Notes under the pieces: generated by a model
Databases searched by the model: none
The model's input: only the letters and a program-made list of their open reading frames with translations
Told to the model about the DNA's origin: nothing
In this document: positions 39,781 to 53,934 of the stretch, one piece after another
Layout of the letters: each line of letters starts with the position of its first letter
Position numbering within the stretch: the first letter of the stretch is position 1
Position numbers and translations under genes: made by a program
Source of the DNA: Octopus vulgaris
Lineage: Eukaryota
NCBI GenBank assembly: GCA_951406725.2
Contig: OX597817.1
Coordinates: 110,112,001-110,176,000, forward strand
DNA: 64,000 bases
Direction of reading: 5' to 3'

Positions 39781-42700
39781 ATTATTAGTTAATTACAGGA
39801 AAGATTTTAAAAGGTATGTTGTTGCTTTCAATTAGAAATACATCTATAATAGAGAAGCTTTCGTGACAAGGCATAATATATGTCAGCTTTTCTCACTCCT
39901 CACAACAGCTAAATTTATTGTCACCCACCCAGCAAATTCTCCTGGATTCACTATTTTTTTTCTTGCTTACTCTGTTTTTTTCTTGCTTACTTTGTTTTTT
40001 CAGACCTTCACGGTTGGTGGAAGGTCAGGAATAAGATATTTTCAAACTGAAGGTCTAGTCTGAAAACTTGCACTAGAATAGACACCACTAAACACATTCA
40101 AGTGCCAGATAGTAATGTTAAACCAAGCAACAGATTAAATCTACCACACATATAGGAATCAATAGGATTTGAATTCAGAATGCAAAGAGCCAGAACAAAT
40201 GCCACAAGGTATCCCATCCAATATGCTAACAATTCCACCTTTCCAACTGCTCTAAACTGTTTCTTTCTTTATTGACTCCAGAAAGATGAGAGGCAATGTT
40301 TACCTCAGTGTGAACTGAACTTGGAGTGCAAGAAGCTAGGATATATACCACAAAGCATTTCATCCAACATTAATGCTTCTGCCAATGTATCACTTATACC
40401 AATCTTGTCAACATAGAGCCTCACCAGTTGTCTTGAATTCTTAGATTTATATCACGAGAATTTCTATAATGAAGTAAAGGGAAATATTCAATGAATTTAA
40501 TAATCAGCAAACTAAGACTAGAACTTTCAATATATAAAAACAGAGTAATAGCTACTATTTCCTTATAAAATCCTAAGACTTACAATTTATGAATGTACAC
40601 AATTGTTCTAATACTTCTTAGATTGTTTTACATTACCAGTTTTGTTTGTTATTTTCTTTTTTTGTTTTTATAGCTGAGAAACATTTCAAACCAGTATCAA
40701 CTTGTTTGCGATGTGTATTTTCAGTATGTCAAAACAGTGGCTCCAATTTCCTATCTTTTCAATATTTATAAAATCCATTCTTGAACTGAATGGTTGTCTT
40801 TAGATAGCTTTGTAGCCAATTTCAATCTGTTGCTGTTTTGTTTATTTAAGTCCAGTTTTGTTTTTAACTAACATAACATAAAAGGCTTTTGTGTTGAGGT
40901 ATGATTAATTAGATTGGATCAGTTTGAAGTGGTAAAACTGTAACTTTTTTAAGCTAAAGTGGAACATTTCAGAATTCTCAATATAGATTTGTTTTTAAAA
41001 TTTTGCCATAATTTGTGGTATTATTTGAATCTGTCACATTAATACACTAGTTTTAGTAGACGTTTTTGTTCCCCCCACCCGAGTGTGAAACAATGATCCC
41101 TTAAAGAATTTTCTTGATACTTGGATACTCAGTATAGATCAATGTAAATATATCACAAACTAACAATTTCAACGATTTATAATGTGATTTTAAAAAAATA
41201 TATCTATGTCCCTGTTTGCAATCAAAAATATATCAATTTCACTTGACACAGATAAAATTCTGAGTAGATTGTGTGTGTGTGTTTGTATGTGTGTGTGTGT
41301 GTAAAAGCACACATGTCTGTGATGTATTTGGTTTCAATGATGAGTATTTGGTTTCAATGATGAGTATTCAGTTGTTTGATCACCATCCAACTCATTAAAT
41401 CAAAATGAAAATGGCTTTGTTTTCCATAGACTCATGTACTTTTAATGTAATTCCCAAGCTGAATCAGCATGACACAATATGTATCAATGATGGACCTTTG
41501 AATTACAAGTACACTTCAACTGATTGAATTCTACACAGTTTCTATCAATCCAGTGTCAATCATAAAGCTTGGGTTATTATAAAGTTATTTGCCCAAGATG
41601 TCCCACATGGGATCAGACTTGATGTCAAATGATAGCAAAGCGAACTTCTTAAACACTTGGTCATATATGAGAACATTTGGATGCTCAGGCAAAAGAAGAT
41701 TACTAAATGTCCACCCGGGAAATCTGTGGCTTGTGCCTATGTAAAATAAAAAAAATTTTAAAAACTCAGAAATTTGAAGCAGTAAACAAACAGTACATTG
41801 ACAGAAATGATAGAATTTCAGACCAATATCTGTACAGTATTTAACAATTTTTCATATTTTTTAGTCAGGAGAAAAGGCAGAACCTATAACCTTTTATAGA
41901 GTTTCCAAGACTTGTGGGTGGGAGTAAGGATAGTATATTCAAACTGGAGATCTGGTCAAGGTGGTTGCAACAGAGTCAGCTTTGCTAAAAACACTCAAAG
42001 AGTCAGATACTGTTGAACCAGGCAACAGATTAACATGTCCTGTAAGTTCACCGTCATCAATTCACTGCAGGAAAAGTTCACCATTTTCTTTTTTGCAGCA
42101 AAATAGTTTTTAATTATTAATGGTGCGATATTATGGTTATATTTTCTCAGTAAACTTTCCTCACAGGAAACTTTCTTTACAGTGAATTGATGGCAGTGAA
42201 CTTACCTATAATTACAGATAAGTCTACTATCAAAGTAATTATTGGCAGAATTTGAACTCAGGGTGCAGACAGTCAGAACAAACACTACAGGTTGTTCGAT
42301 CTTATGACTCTACCAATTTGACTTTATATATACCTTGCATGAAGTCATCCCCAGAGAATAACTACTCTACATGTATTGCAGTCAAGATAAATTGATTCCT
42401 TTAGAAATTTATCTTCTGATGCCAGTCTAATAAATTTGTTACTATAGAAGCAGAAACTGATGAATGAGTACCACAGAGATGGTTGGGGTTTGGGGTGGGA
42501 GGTAAGTTCAAACAAATTCAAAAAACCACTAATAAATGTGAATCTCACATTATTGATTTTCCTCTCCTAGACTTTTGTACTTTGTCACAAAAGAAACCAG
42601 TAATTATGGAGATAACAATTAAAGGGAAACTGAAGGGAAAGAAACTAAATATTAATTTCTTTTTAATGAATAGAATGTTAATTTTTCTGGAAAGAAAGAG

Positions 42701-45179
42701 TAAATGAAGGGGACAGACCAAGATAATTGTTTAATAGATTCAAAAATGGATGAGCAGTAAATTTCATCATAATACCATTTGATTTGATGATATAGGGAGA
42801 TAAACCAAAATACTACTACTTGCATATTTATTTAGCCTTGTGTTCTGTAATGTCTGTCAACTTGTCATCTGCTCAAGTGTTGATAATTATGGATGCAAAG
42901 ACTAAATACAATTACAGTTTTAAACAAACTAGATATTAGCATATGCTTAAATCAATAATTAAAAGAAGAAAGAAAGAAAAAGGAGAAATATGAAAAGAAA
43001 CAAGGCTGAATAAACATGGCAATCTTGTATTTAGTGAAATTCAACACAAGAGGATTAGTTAAATCATTCTTTTATAAGCTATTAAAGTGGATTAACTGGG
43101 TGCAGAACAACATATTAATGGAATCAACTCAAAGTGCAAATTAAACCAGAATGTTTTCCTTAGTAATTTTCAATCAATCAATTAGTAAATTTGAGACATC
43201 ATTAAGATTTGGCCTAGTGTATCTTGGCCAGTAGTTTTCAAATGGTGTGCCACCACCTACAGGTGCACCAAATGCACAGTTACACAGCAAGGGCTATATA
43301 GGTGCACCACATGAATGATATCACTTAAGTCTTCAAGGCAACAAGCTGACAGAATCGTTAGGACACCAGACAAAATGCTCAACAGCATTTTGTCCATGTT
43401 CATGTTCTGAGTTCAAATTCCAGAGAGGTTGACTTTGCCTTTTGTCCTTTCAGAGTCAATAAAAAGAATACCAGTTGATCACTGGAATCAGTGTAATTGA
43501 CTTGCCCCCTCCTCCATACTTGCTGGCTTTGTGCCAAAATTTTAAATCAATATTACTCAAGTTTTCAGAAAATCCATGTCATTCTTAAACATCTTGAAAA
43601 ATGAGCTAATAATTTTGTTATATACAAGTGTGATTATTTAACCAGGTTAGCAATAGTATTCTACATTTTCTCTAAATTTTTATATTTAAAATATATTTTT
43701 TCAACTTTCCATGCATAGTATGCCATTAAAGTTTTAGTTTGCATTCAGTTTCTTTTCAATTTCTATATAAAGTGTACTAGTAAGGCTTTACTTGAATCAT
43801 GTGTTAAGGTCATCTCCTCAGATTTACAATAGAAATTATAGCCAGCACTGATTTGATTTTGTTATGTTTTATATCCAAGACAAAATACCATGTACCTACA
43901 AGTCATTAATAAGCTTTACTTGAACTCCAGTGCACCACAAGGTCAATAAGACTGAGAATCATTGAATTAAAGCAAGTGAAATTGGCAAAGTCCTTCTCCT
44001 CAAAGTTATACTTTCAGGAGTTTAAACTCTATATTGGTAGCTAACAAATCATCATCATCATTTAACATCCATTTTCCATATTGGCATGGGTTGTACAGTA
44101 TGACCAGAGATATCAAGCAGAAGAGTTGCACCAGATTCCAGTCTAATTTGGCTTGGTTTCTGCAGTTGGAAGCTCTTCTTAATGCCAACTCCTTTACAGA
44201 GTGCCAGGTGCTTTTAGGTGGCACTGACATAGGAGTTTTTTTATGTGGTGCCAGCACAGGGCTCTTGCTGGCCTATCCTCTTCAGCAGGGAGGGGAGCAA
44301 CATTAACAATTCTGCTGTGGAAATATTAATTTTACAGATACTATTGAATAGAGCAGTTTGTTCATACACTGACCTATCCATTCACAACTGCTGTATTTGC
44401 CCATGCACAGTGTGGCTTCTAATATAATGTGAGGTCCCCCACACACACTCTTTTTGTAAATAAAATGTCAGTCATATATCTTATCTTACATAGTTTATGA
44501 CTAAGTTTTAATTTTGCTCTGTAAACAATACATCTCTTTTTTTTTTCTTTTTTCCACATTCATACTTTTATTATAAAGATAAATACTGAAGATGTTTTTT
44601 TTTTATTACTAGCATTTAATTGCAGTGCCTCAACATGACCACAGTGCTTGAGCTGAAACTATTAAAAGTGTAAAAGAATATGACAATAGTGTAACTTCTA
44701 TGTTTCAAGTTACTTAAGTTTATAATCACCTTCAAACAAAATACATATATAAACACACATAAACAGCACCAGCTGGCTAACAGAGATAACAACTGACACT
44801 GGATATATTCATTATATATATAATCATCATCATTCAACGTCCGTTGTCCATGCTGGCATGAGTTGGATGGTTTGACCAGAGCTAGCAAGCTGGGGGGGCT
44901 GCACCAGACTCCAGTCAGTTTTGGCATGGTTTCTATAGTTGGAAGCTCTTCCTAATGCCAACCACTTTACAGAGTGTGCAGGGTGCTTTTACGTGACACA
45001 ACACAGGCACTTTCATGTGGTGCCAGTGAAGGCATGTGGCCTAACAGTTAGGGTGTTGCTCTCACAATCTGACAATCATAGTTTCAATTCCCAGACCAAC
45101 ACTACATTGTACACTTGAGTAAAGCATTTCATTTCACATCACTCCAGTCCACTCAGCTATAAATGGGTATGTAAATGGA

Positions 45180-45820
45180 TAACATTTCCTCATGGCCAGA
45201 AATGTTTTTGGAAACAAAGGACACTGCTTAAATGATAGTGACCCTCATTTACAACTATCATACAATGTCAAGACAAGGAAACAGTAACACACACACATAT
45301 ACGAGGGGGTACTGAAAAGTTCTTGACTTTAAGGCCTGGTTGGAGGCCTAACCTTCTGAGTTCTTTTACAAGGCTTAGAAAACTGAAGGACTGCTGCAAT
45401 AAGCCTGAGAGGGGAATAGGTGAATAAAATCATAATTAACTGATCCTCTTGTATTTTTTTTTCCACAAAGCCAGGAACTTTTCAGCACACCCACACACAA
45501 TGGGCTTCTTTCAGAGTCTACTTACCAAATCCACTCACAAGGCTTTGGTTAGCCTGGGTCTATAGTAGAAGACACTTGCCCAAGGTGCCACACAGTGGGA
45601 CTAAACCCAGAAGCATGTGTTTGGGAAGGAAATCTTCTCACCACACAGCCATGGCCTACATATGTCTGTGGATACTGCAAAAGAACATGAGTGGTATGCA
45701 AGTATAACATAAATAAATAAAAGCAATGCAAATAATTTTGAGATTTTCTGGACATGAAATATTTATAGTTGTTGTCATCATCACTGATGTTGTTTGTGGT
45801 AGGGTGATGATATTAAGTGA
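45180..45820 (+). repeat. Local duplicated segment, copy 1 (copy 2 at ~48037-48797)
   Basis: The same ordered composite of repeat fragment, mariner-like MITE (tacgagggggt...), reverse SINE and unique flank occurs in both copies. Confidence 0.85.
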
Positions 45821-48800
45821 TGGACTGATATTCTGTTCAGGGGAAATGGTTGGCCTCCCCACCTAGCCAGCAGGATGGCATCATTCAAAAGTTGTGACAG
45901 TGCAAGGAAGTGCATTGTGACCAGTGATGTACAACATTCAAGTGGTCTTGTTGGCAAATAGAATAGTAAATACAAAATGTTTACTGACTGAAAGAAGTTT
46001 GTTTGCTAAAACTAGAGGAGAGGTCTTATCTTTTATGAAGGGTCTTCTACTGAAGATGTAACATTAGAACAGATGACCTGATTGCTTTCTAATCTGCAGA
46101 AATCATTTGTCAATTTAAGAGTGGCATAACAGAAATCACTTCTCCCAGCAGGCCATCAGCTGTAGAAATGAGTTGCAACATCACTGGTGCCAAACTGTAT
46201 TAGCTTTTGTTTTTCCCCTGGATAACACTGGTAGCATGGAGAAGGGAGCCTGGTATGCTGGTCTTCCATAAACAACCTTGCCCATACTTGTGTCTCAGAG
46301 GGGAACTCATGGTCATTCGTGAAGCAGTGCTCCAGCATGGCCACAGTCAAATAACTGAAACAAGAATAAAAGTTCATGTATGATTGAGCCAAGTTTGGCC
46401 ACGTTGAAAGTATAAAGAACAGCAAACTGAAATCTTTGTTATTTTATATCTCATCATGACACTCTACCACAGCTGTTACCCTGACTGTGCACCTATTGTG
46501 ATACCTGCTTAGAATAATTGTTATTCATTGCTGAAAATTACAACTACAGCTCTCAACAGTCAGATGCAACTACAAACTTATGATGGAGTCTCTACATGGT
46601 CACCTAATCTGCTAAAAATAGCTGATAAACCTCACTCAAATCACACTCTACCATCTTCAAAATCAATGACATATTTATCAATGTAGTTCTGAATAAAAAA
46701 AAAAGTCATAATGAAATGTCTTTGATCATAAATCTCAATAAAGGATGACCCAGGGTTAAACAACGACTAACACTTGATTAATCTACAGCTCATTTGTTGC
46801 AATTGATACTTGACTCTAATTAGTTATCACAACAAATGGGTTGTGGACTTATCAAATATTTACTTGGCTTGCTAAGTGCTGCTGTGATCATTGCCTCTTC
46901 ACAAGGAAATCTATTCTAGGTGCCCTTTCAGTGTCAATGAGCCTGGAGGGGGAACACATTTTTTTTTTTACCTCATTTGCTTCACAAAGCCCAGAGGCTT
47001 CTATTAGGAAAATATTAATTTAGCCTATGTATGTCTCTGTGTGTGTGTGTGCTGAACAAATCAGGCTGAAAATGCATTTAAGATCTTTTAATTTATTTGT
47101 TTACATTATCTCTTCACCAATTCAAAATAGCTTAGTTAGCAGATCAAAGGATTGTAGTTGTATGTAGTCATCCATCAGAATAATGTAAGTATATAAATTA
47201 AAGTCTCAAGTGCATTTCAATTTGCATGGGAAAATACTTGTATATATATATATGTGTGTGTGCGTTTGCATTTGTGTATGTCTGTATTCGGTATAGCCAA
47301 ACGGTTAAGAGAAGTTCACTTTTGCAATTGCAACATCCAAGATTCAATCCCACTGCATAGTATCTTTGGTATATATCTTTTACCATTGCCTCAGTTCAAT
47401 CCAAGCTTTATGAATGAAAGTGGACAGCCAGAAACTGTGTGGAAGCTTGTTGGATGGATTGTACTTGTAATTCCAAGGAATAGCCCTGTCACATAATGTA
47501 TCACACTGATCATGCCTGAGAATTACATTATGGGTACATTTGTCTGTGGAATATTCAGCCACTCACACTCTAATTCAATGAACAGGTGACTCAGTTGGTC
47601 AAAAAACAGAATCTTCATTGTTGAAACCAGAGATTTTTTAATTGTTTACATACATATACGTTAATGGATGTATATTATGTGCATGTGTTTAATATGCGAC
47701 AATTTTATGTTTGTATACATCATCAACATTAAGGTGGCGAGCTGGCAGAATTGTTAGCATTTTGTCCATCTTAATGCTCTGTGCTCAAATTCCACCTACA
47801 TTGATTTTACTTTTCATCCTTTTAGGGTCAATAAATTAAGTACCAGTCAAGTATTGGGGTCAATGTAATTGACTATACCCCTCCCCACAAATTCCAGGTT
47901 TTATGCATTTAGTAGAAAGGATTATTATTATTATTATTATTATTGTTTTAATGCCCAGCTTTCCATGCTTGTATGGGTCAGAATTAATGTTTTATGCCCT
48001 TCCTGTCACCAAACTTCACCTGCTTCCAAGCAGGATAATATTTCCCCATGGCCAGACATGTTTTTGGAAACAAAGGACACTGCTTAAATGATAGTGACCC
48101 TCATTTACAACTACCATATAATGTCAAGGCAAGGAAACAGTAACACACACACGTATACGAGGGGGTATTGAAAAGTTCCTGGCTTTAAGGGTATTGCTAA
48201 AGGCATGGTTGGAGGCCTAACCTTCTGAGTTCTTTTACAAGGGTTAGAAAACTGAAGGACTGCTGCAATAATCCTGAGAGGGGAATATGGTGAATAAAAT
48301 CAGAGATCCTCCTGTATTTTCTTTTCCACCAAGCCAGGAACTATTCAGCACGCACACACATGATGAGCTTCTTTCAGAGTCTACTTACCAAATCCACTCA
48401 CAAGGCTTTGGTTAGCCTGGGTCTATAGTAGAAGACACTTGCCCAAGGTGCCACACAGTAAGCATGTGTTTGGGAAGGAAACTTCTCACTACACAGCCAT
48501 GGCCTATATATGTTTATGGATACTGTAAAGGAACATGAGTATAACATAAATAAATATAAGTAATGCAAATATGAGATTTTCTGGACATGAAATATTTGTA
48601 TTTGTCGTCACTTAGCGGTTCGGCAAAAGAGACCGATAGAATAAGTACTGGGCTTACAAAGAATAAGTCCCGGGGTCGATTTGCTCGACTAAAAGGCGGT
48701 GCTCCAGCATGGCCGCAGTCAAATGCCTGAAACAAGTAAAAGAGTAAAAAGAGTATCCCTGATGTTGTTAGTGGTAGTGGCGTTGATATTAAGTAATGCT

Positions 48801-49243
48801 TATTAAAACTGTGATTAAATTGTACAAGGATTTGTTATGGACTGAATAAGCTGGTTAAAAGTGGTTGATCTGCTGATTCATTTATCTTAAACTAAAATTG
48901 AGAAATGAATGGAATGACTAAAGGAATGAAAATTAGAGTCCAATACGTTTCAAAGAATGATGACTAATGTAATTGATTTTCAAGGCAAAAAGTAGAAGTC
49001 ACAGCAATGTGGTTTGCTGCGACATTTGAATATAGCACTGAAATTAGATTAGTAGAGATTCAGAGGAAAAGCCTTTCAATTGCTTAATCACAACTCCATG
49101 TCTACAGTTTAAAATGATTACATTTACTATATGAAGGAAATTGAAAATGTTGAAGATTTTAGAATTTTGTATAGGTTAGCAATTGTAATGCCAATCGAGA
49201 CTTTAGTAAATAAGTAACTATTATTTGTATTATTGTCTTACAG

Positions 49244-49325
49244 GTTTACCACCCCATTTAGAGGGCCAAGGAAAGAAATGACCAGGTTCTCTTTTGTTGC
49301 CTGGACTCCGGTTGGACATGGTGTA
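49244..49325 (+). CDS. DPP4-family exon E (FTTPFRGPRKEMTRFSFVAWTPVGHGV)
   Basis: Acceptor tcttacag, donor gtaagt at 49326; WTPVGH corresponds to DPP4 WSPVGH. Confidence 0.92.
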
Positions 49326-49955
49326 GTAAGTGATTATATTACTTGTAGAAAATATTTCTTAAAAGTTTTATTTTTAAAAATTCAACAGAGGATTCTTTGT
49401 TGCTGAGAAAAACACAGTTGATGTTAGTTGCCTGAATGAAATGAACTTAACATAGAATGCCATCACACATCATTAAATATTAACCAGCACATGGAGACTC
49501 TAATTAGAATGAGTTTGGATGCAATGGAAAAGTATGTGAACCAAAATAATTAATGACTTCTGGTTTATGGTGGCTTCTTGAAAAACCACTGAAAGATTTT
49601 AATTCACAGGAGGAAAGTGACTAAAACTAAATAGGACACCAGTCTAGCACAGGTAGCATTTTGAGGGAATTCGCTACCTATTTCCAACAACTAAAGCAGC
49701 CTGAGGCACAAAGAATAAAATGTACTGTCAAAATACGGACCAAATTGTTTACAGTGTATTTGAATTCATGATCAAGGAGTTGGTAGTACAGTAGCATGTT
49801 TAGTTTGTCTATTTCACATCTGAAAATATGTCCTTGGGGACATATTTCACTCTCATCTAAGATGCAAGAGCACTACATAATTGTTGCAGGTTCCATTAGC
49901 TTCTGGTGTTGAGCTCACATCCATTCATGGGGGAAAAATAACACTCAGATTTTAA

Positions 49956-50721
49956 CCCTTTAGCATTCAGATAACTGTGAACTGTAATGCTTATCTGTTT
50001 TGTATTAATCATGCATTGTGAAGGCAAGTGGCTTAGTGGGTAGGGTATTTGGCTCACAATCATAAGGTTGTGAGTTCAATTCCTGGTGACATGTTGTGCA
50101 CCTTGAGCAAGGCACTTTATGTCATGTTGCTCCAGTTCACTCAGCTGGCAAAAAAGAGTAGTACCTGTATTTCAAAGGGCCAGCCTTGTCACACTCTGTG
50201 TCACATTGAATCTGTCTGAGAACTACATTAACCCTTTTGATACCAACTAGCTTGAAACTGCCTCTGACTCTGTAGTACAAATGTCTTACTTTCAAAAGTT
50301 CTGAATTAAAATCTTCCATCAAATCATAATTTACTTTTCTAACACTAGCTTAATGTTAACAAAGTTATTTTACTAAATTCTTTGTTATATTTAAAATTAG
50401 TTGAAGAAACAGAGCATCTCAACAGAAATTTGGTAACAAAAGGTTTAAGGACACACATGTTTGTGGAGTGCTCAGCCACATGCACGTTAATTTCATGAGC
50501 AGACTGTTCCATTGATCAGATCAACTGGAACCTTCACTGTCATAACCAAAAGAGTGTGGTTAAACATGCATTATTTTCTAACTCTGAGATTTTAAGAATG
50601 TGATTGTTTATTTTTAGAATGACATTGTAGGGTGTTGTATGACATTGAAAGAGGCTAGATCTGGCTACTTTGAATAGGTAGAATGTTTGGGCTTGATATG
50701 GCCAGTTTGAATGCTAAAGTG
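49956..50721. mobile_element. piggyBac-like MITE containing a SINE (~50019-50560) that itself contains a second TTAA MITE (50232-50444)
   Basis: Outer ends match 34740-34960; the SINE is flanked by a catgcatt repeat; the inner element has TTAA flanks and TIRs cccttttgatacca / tggtaacaaaaggt. Confidence 0.75.
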
Positions 50722-51708
50722 TTAATTATCAAGGCACATCATTAACAGACAAGAATATTAAAAACTTTCTCATCATTTCCAGAGGGAGTACTGCATACAA
50801 TCTATCACTTGTAACCTGTAATTTGAACCAGACCGTGGATACAGTGGAAAAGTGCCTTATTAACTTTGTGGAGTAGGAGTTACAGGGACTTGTGTTAATG
50901 CTTTTCCCAAAAGCATTAGCAGAACAAATGAAGTAGAGACAACCAGAAATCAAACTTGAATTGTCAATTCAGTCTGATGAAAATTTACAACCTCCCTTAT
51001 GACACTCATTAAATGAATCATGCAATAATACTATTTCTCCATGTGTGTTACAACATCATACATAATTATTCTGTCCAAAATAAAAGAAACCAGATGGTTT
51101 CTACTTGATAAACTAATTAATAATGTAAAAAATTTTACCAACGTTTTGTATTGCTTAAAGTTTCAAGATATGCTTCTTTTATTGATGATACTGTAAGAAT
51201 TAATTAAAATACCCTAGGATGCATAGCCTAGTGGTTAGGATGTTGCACTCATGACCACAAGATCATGGTTTCATTTCCTAGACCCAGTAGTGCATTGTAT
51301 TCCTGAGCAAAACACTTTATCTTCTGTTGCTCTGCGATCACTTCGACACCCGACACGTGGTACACCATGCACCTGTTCTGGCAACATCGATTTGATGGAG
51401 GGATTGCACTAATGTACAGCACATACATTTGATCATTATAAACAAATTATTTATGCAGGTCATTCAGCAAAAGCTGAACACTCATGTCATCTTTGAGGAG
51501 AGAATCCATCAGCTGAACCATTCATTCTCTTAAAGTCCTTCATAGTTTCTGTTTATTTACACAAAATGGTAACTTGCACCTGTTTATTTTTATTTATAAT
51601 CCAATTCACACCATTACTTTATTAGTTCTAGTATCCTGATGTCTATCCAATTAATTTTAAATTCTAATTGTAAAATATTTTCTAAGTAATATCTGGTAAC
51701 ATTTTCAG

Positions 51709-51835
51709 GTATTTGGAGTAGATAATGACTTATATTATCAATCCAACATCAACGACTCAACTACAGTAAAACGTCTAACAAAAGATGGAATATTAAATCA
51801 AATATTCAATGGAGTTCCTGACTGGTTGTATGAAG
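51709..51835 (+). CDS. DPP4-family exon F (VFGVDNDLYYQSNINDSTTVKRLTKDGILNQIFNGVPDWLYE-E)
   Basis: Acceptor attttcag, donor gtaagc at 51836; hallmark NGxxDWxYEE motif. Confidence 0.95.
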
Positions 51836-52690
51836 GTAAGCTAGAATGGTTTTTTTATGGCTTTCCATAGTCCAGTTGGTCTGTATTTATCTCAAGTCTT
51901 CATAGAATTAAGCTGACAGGAGACATACGTATTTTACCAGAAAACACTATGAAATCTTTTTAGCATGGATCTTGGTGATTAATTCTCCACTGACAGTTCC
52001 TAATATTAGGTAGGCTGTGAATGAAGATGAGAAATGATCACATTAATATTATTTGAGTTGTCATGTCATATATTTTTATTAACTCATTTTATTTATATGC
52101 ACATGCATACATAGATTTGATTTAATGGAACAACATTCAACTGTTGCATGCAAATAATATGTGTATGATCTGACATTACAGCACAAGGTCAATACCTCTT
52201 ATCGAACATAATACAAGTATGTTCAATAAGAAAAGTAGAAGACGACGACATAGCTCCATGTGGTCTGCTGGATGGTTCTCTGATCTGAGGCTGAATTTGC
52301 CAGCTTTTATAATCATTATCAAAAGTTTTCTACAAACTTCAATCAAGCTATTTGGCAGGAAAACATGCACACTTCCTTTGAAATTCACTGCATCAACCAT
52401 AACAAGTCAGTCAATGCTGATTGATTGAGCCATATTTGCTTGGGCATTAATACTTTTTATAGCAGTACATTGCTTTTTATGATAGTGCTGTAGGTCATGG
52501 TCCTGACCTGGAAAAATCTGAGGGCGATGGTTCAACAGTAAGCAAGAGCCCCATTACTGAAGTCTTCTTACAGTTTATTATAACGCAAACAAAAAGATTG
52601 TCAGTTAGAGCAACAAAAGCAGATATATTTTCACAAACTATAAAAGAAAAGAGTTCACAAGGTATACAGAATTCAAAATAGTTCAATATA

Positions 52691-53928
52691 CCAGGTCATC
52701 CCATAAGTTCTGTCTGAATTTTGAATAAAGAAAACAAGTGATCAAATGTTATATTTAATAGAAGTTTAATCATCAGTGTACTTTCCCTGATTATCTATGA
52801 CTTCCTCCCATCTATTTACAAGCTTTTTAATCCCCTCAATGTAAAACTCTTTTGGTTTCAAAGCAAAGAACTCTGAAATGTCAGTTTCGACCTCCTCTGG
52901 GCTTGCGAAAGTTATGTCCCTCAAATGATTCTGTAAACTACGAAACAAATGGTAGTCTGAAGGAGCAAGGTCAGGAGAATAAGGTGGATGAGGAATTTTT
53001 TCCCAACCAAGCTCTTCGATCTTCTGTGATGTGATCTTTGCAGTGTGGGGTCATACATTGTCCTGATGAAATATCACTCCTTTTCAATTCACTAAAGTGA
53101 GTCTTTTTTTCTTCAAAGTTTCGTTCAAACGCTCTAACTGCTGACAGTAGACTTGAGCATTGATTGTTGCATTAGGTGGTAACAAGTCAAAGTAAATTAC
53201 TCTTTTGCTATCCCACCAGATAGAGAGAAGAACCTTTTTTCCATGAAGTTCCCTTCTCAGTTGTGGTTGAGCTTTTTCCCTTTTATCAAGCCACTGTTTA
53301 TGACGATTAACATTTCAATAGAAGATCCACTTTTTGTCACAAGCCTATCCAAAAAGGGTGAAATGAGTTCATGAGAATGGAGAGAAGAGCAGTTGTCAAC
53401 TTGGGATTTGCGGTTGCTGTTGAACAATTCATGAGGCCTCCATTTTCCAAGTTGTTGAAGATGACGATGAACAGTTGTATGGTTTGAACTAAGCTTTATT
53501 GCCAATTCTTCAAATGATAATGCAGAATGCCTCACGGAGCTTATCATCGAACTCAAATGGACATCCTGTTCAATCTTCATCTTCTAGGCTGAAATCTCCA
53601 CTTCTGAATTTTGCAAACCAGCTTCTGCAAGTTCTTTCGTTCAAGCATTCTTCTCATAAACTGAGTGTATGTTTCGAATCGCTTCGGCTGCAGAGTTTCC
53701 CATAAAGGATTATGTGCCTCAAATGCTCTTTAGATACTTCCATGTTAAAAAGGGTTTTAATCAAAGAAATTTTAATTCTATTATTCTGTAAAATAATATT
53801 CAATTAGTTTAAATGTACACAAATGCATAAAAATGATTTTTAATTGCATTAGACATTCTAAAATACTATTAAATTTCATTCAATTTTAAAAAAAGGTAAA
53901 ACCAGACAGAACTTATGGGATGACCTGG
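52691..53928 (-). mobile_element. Full-length decayed mariner DNA transposon
   Basis: Perfect 26-bp TIRs CCAGGTCATCCCATAAGTTCTGTCTG with TA flanks; transposase remnants inside. Confidence 0.95.
52766..53743 (-). pseudogene. Mariner transposase pseudogene
   Basis: MEVSKEHLRHIIL start, W.PHEL, HQDN..PH and PHPPYSPDLAPSDYHLFRSLQ motifs, with frameshifts and stops. Confidence 0.92.
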
Positions 53929-53934
53929 TAGCAC

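Larger units (their letters stand above)
14182..51835 (+). other. Partial multi-exon gene, dipeptidyl peptidase IV family (DPP4/DPP6/DPP10/FAP, S9B); 6 exons visible, gene continues beyond the window
   Basis: Exons 14182-14277, 19950-20047, 25246-25320, 38724-38776, 49244-49325 and 51709-51835 have AG/GT ends and compatible phases. They join to ...EAFTLNDAFDINFKPRNFKVDWIDGEDAFLYRNDDG...SVSADRKYVLL...IYRHSFLAKY...AWTPVGHGVVFGVDNDLYY...RLTKDG...IFNGVPDWLYE, which matches DPPIV N-terminal propeller motifs. Confidence 0.93.
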
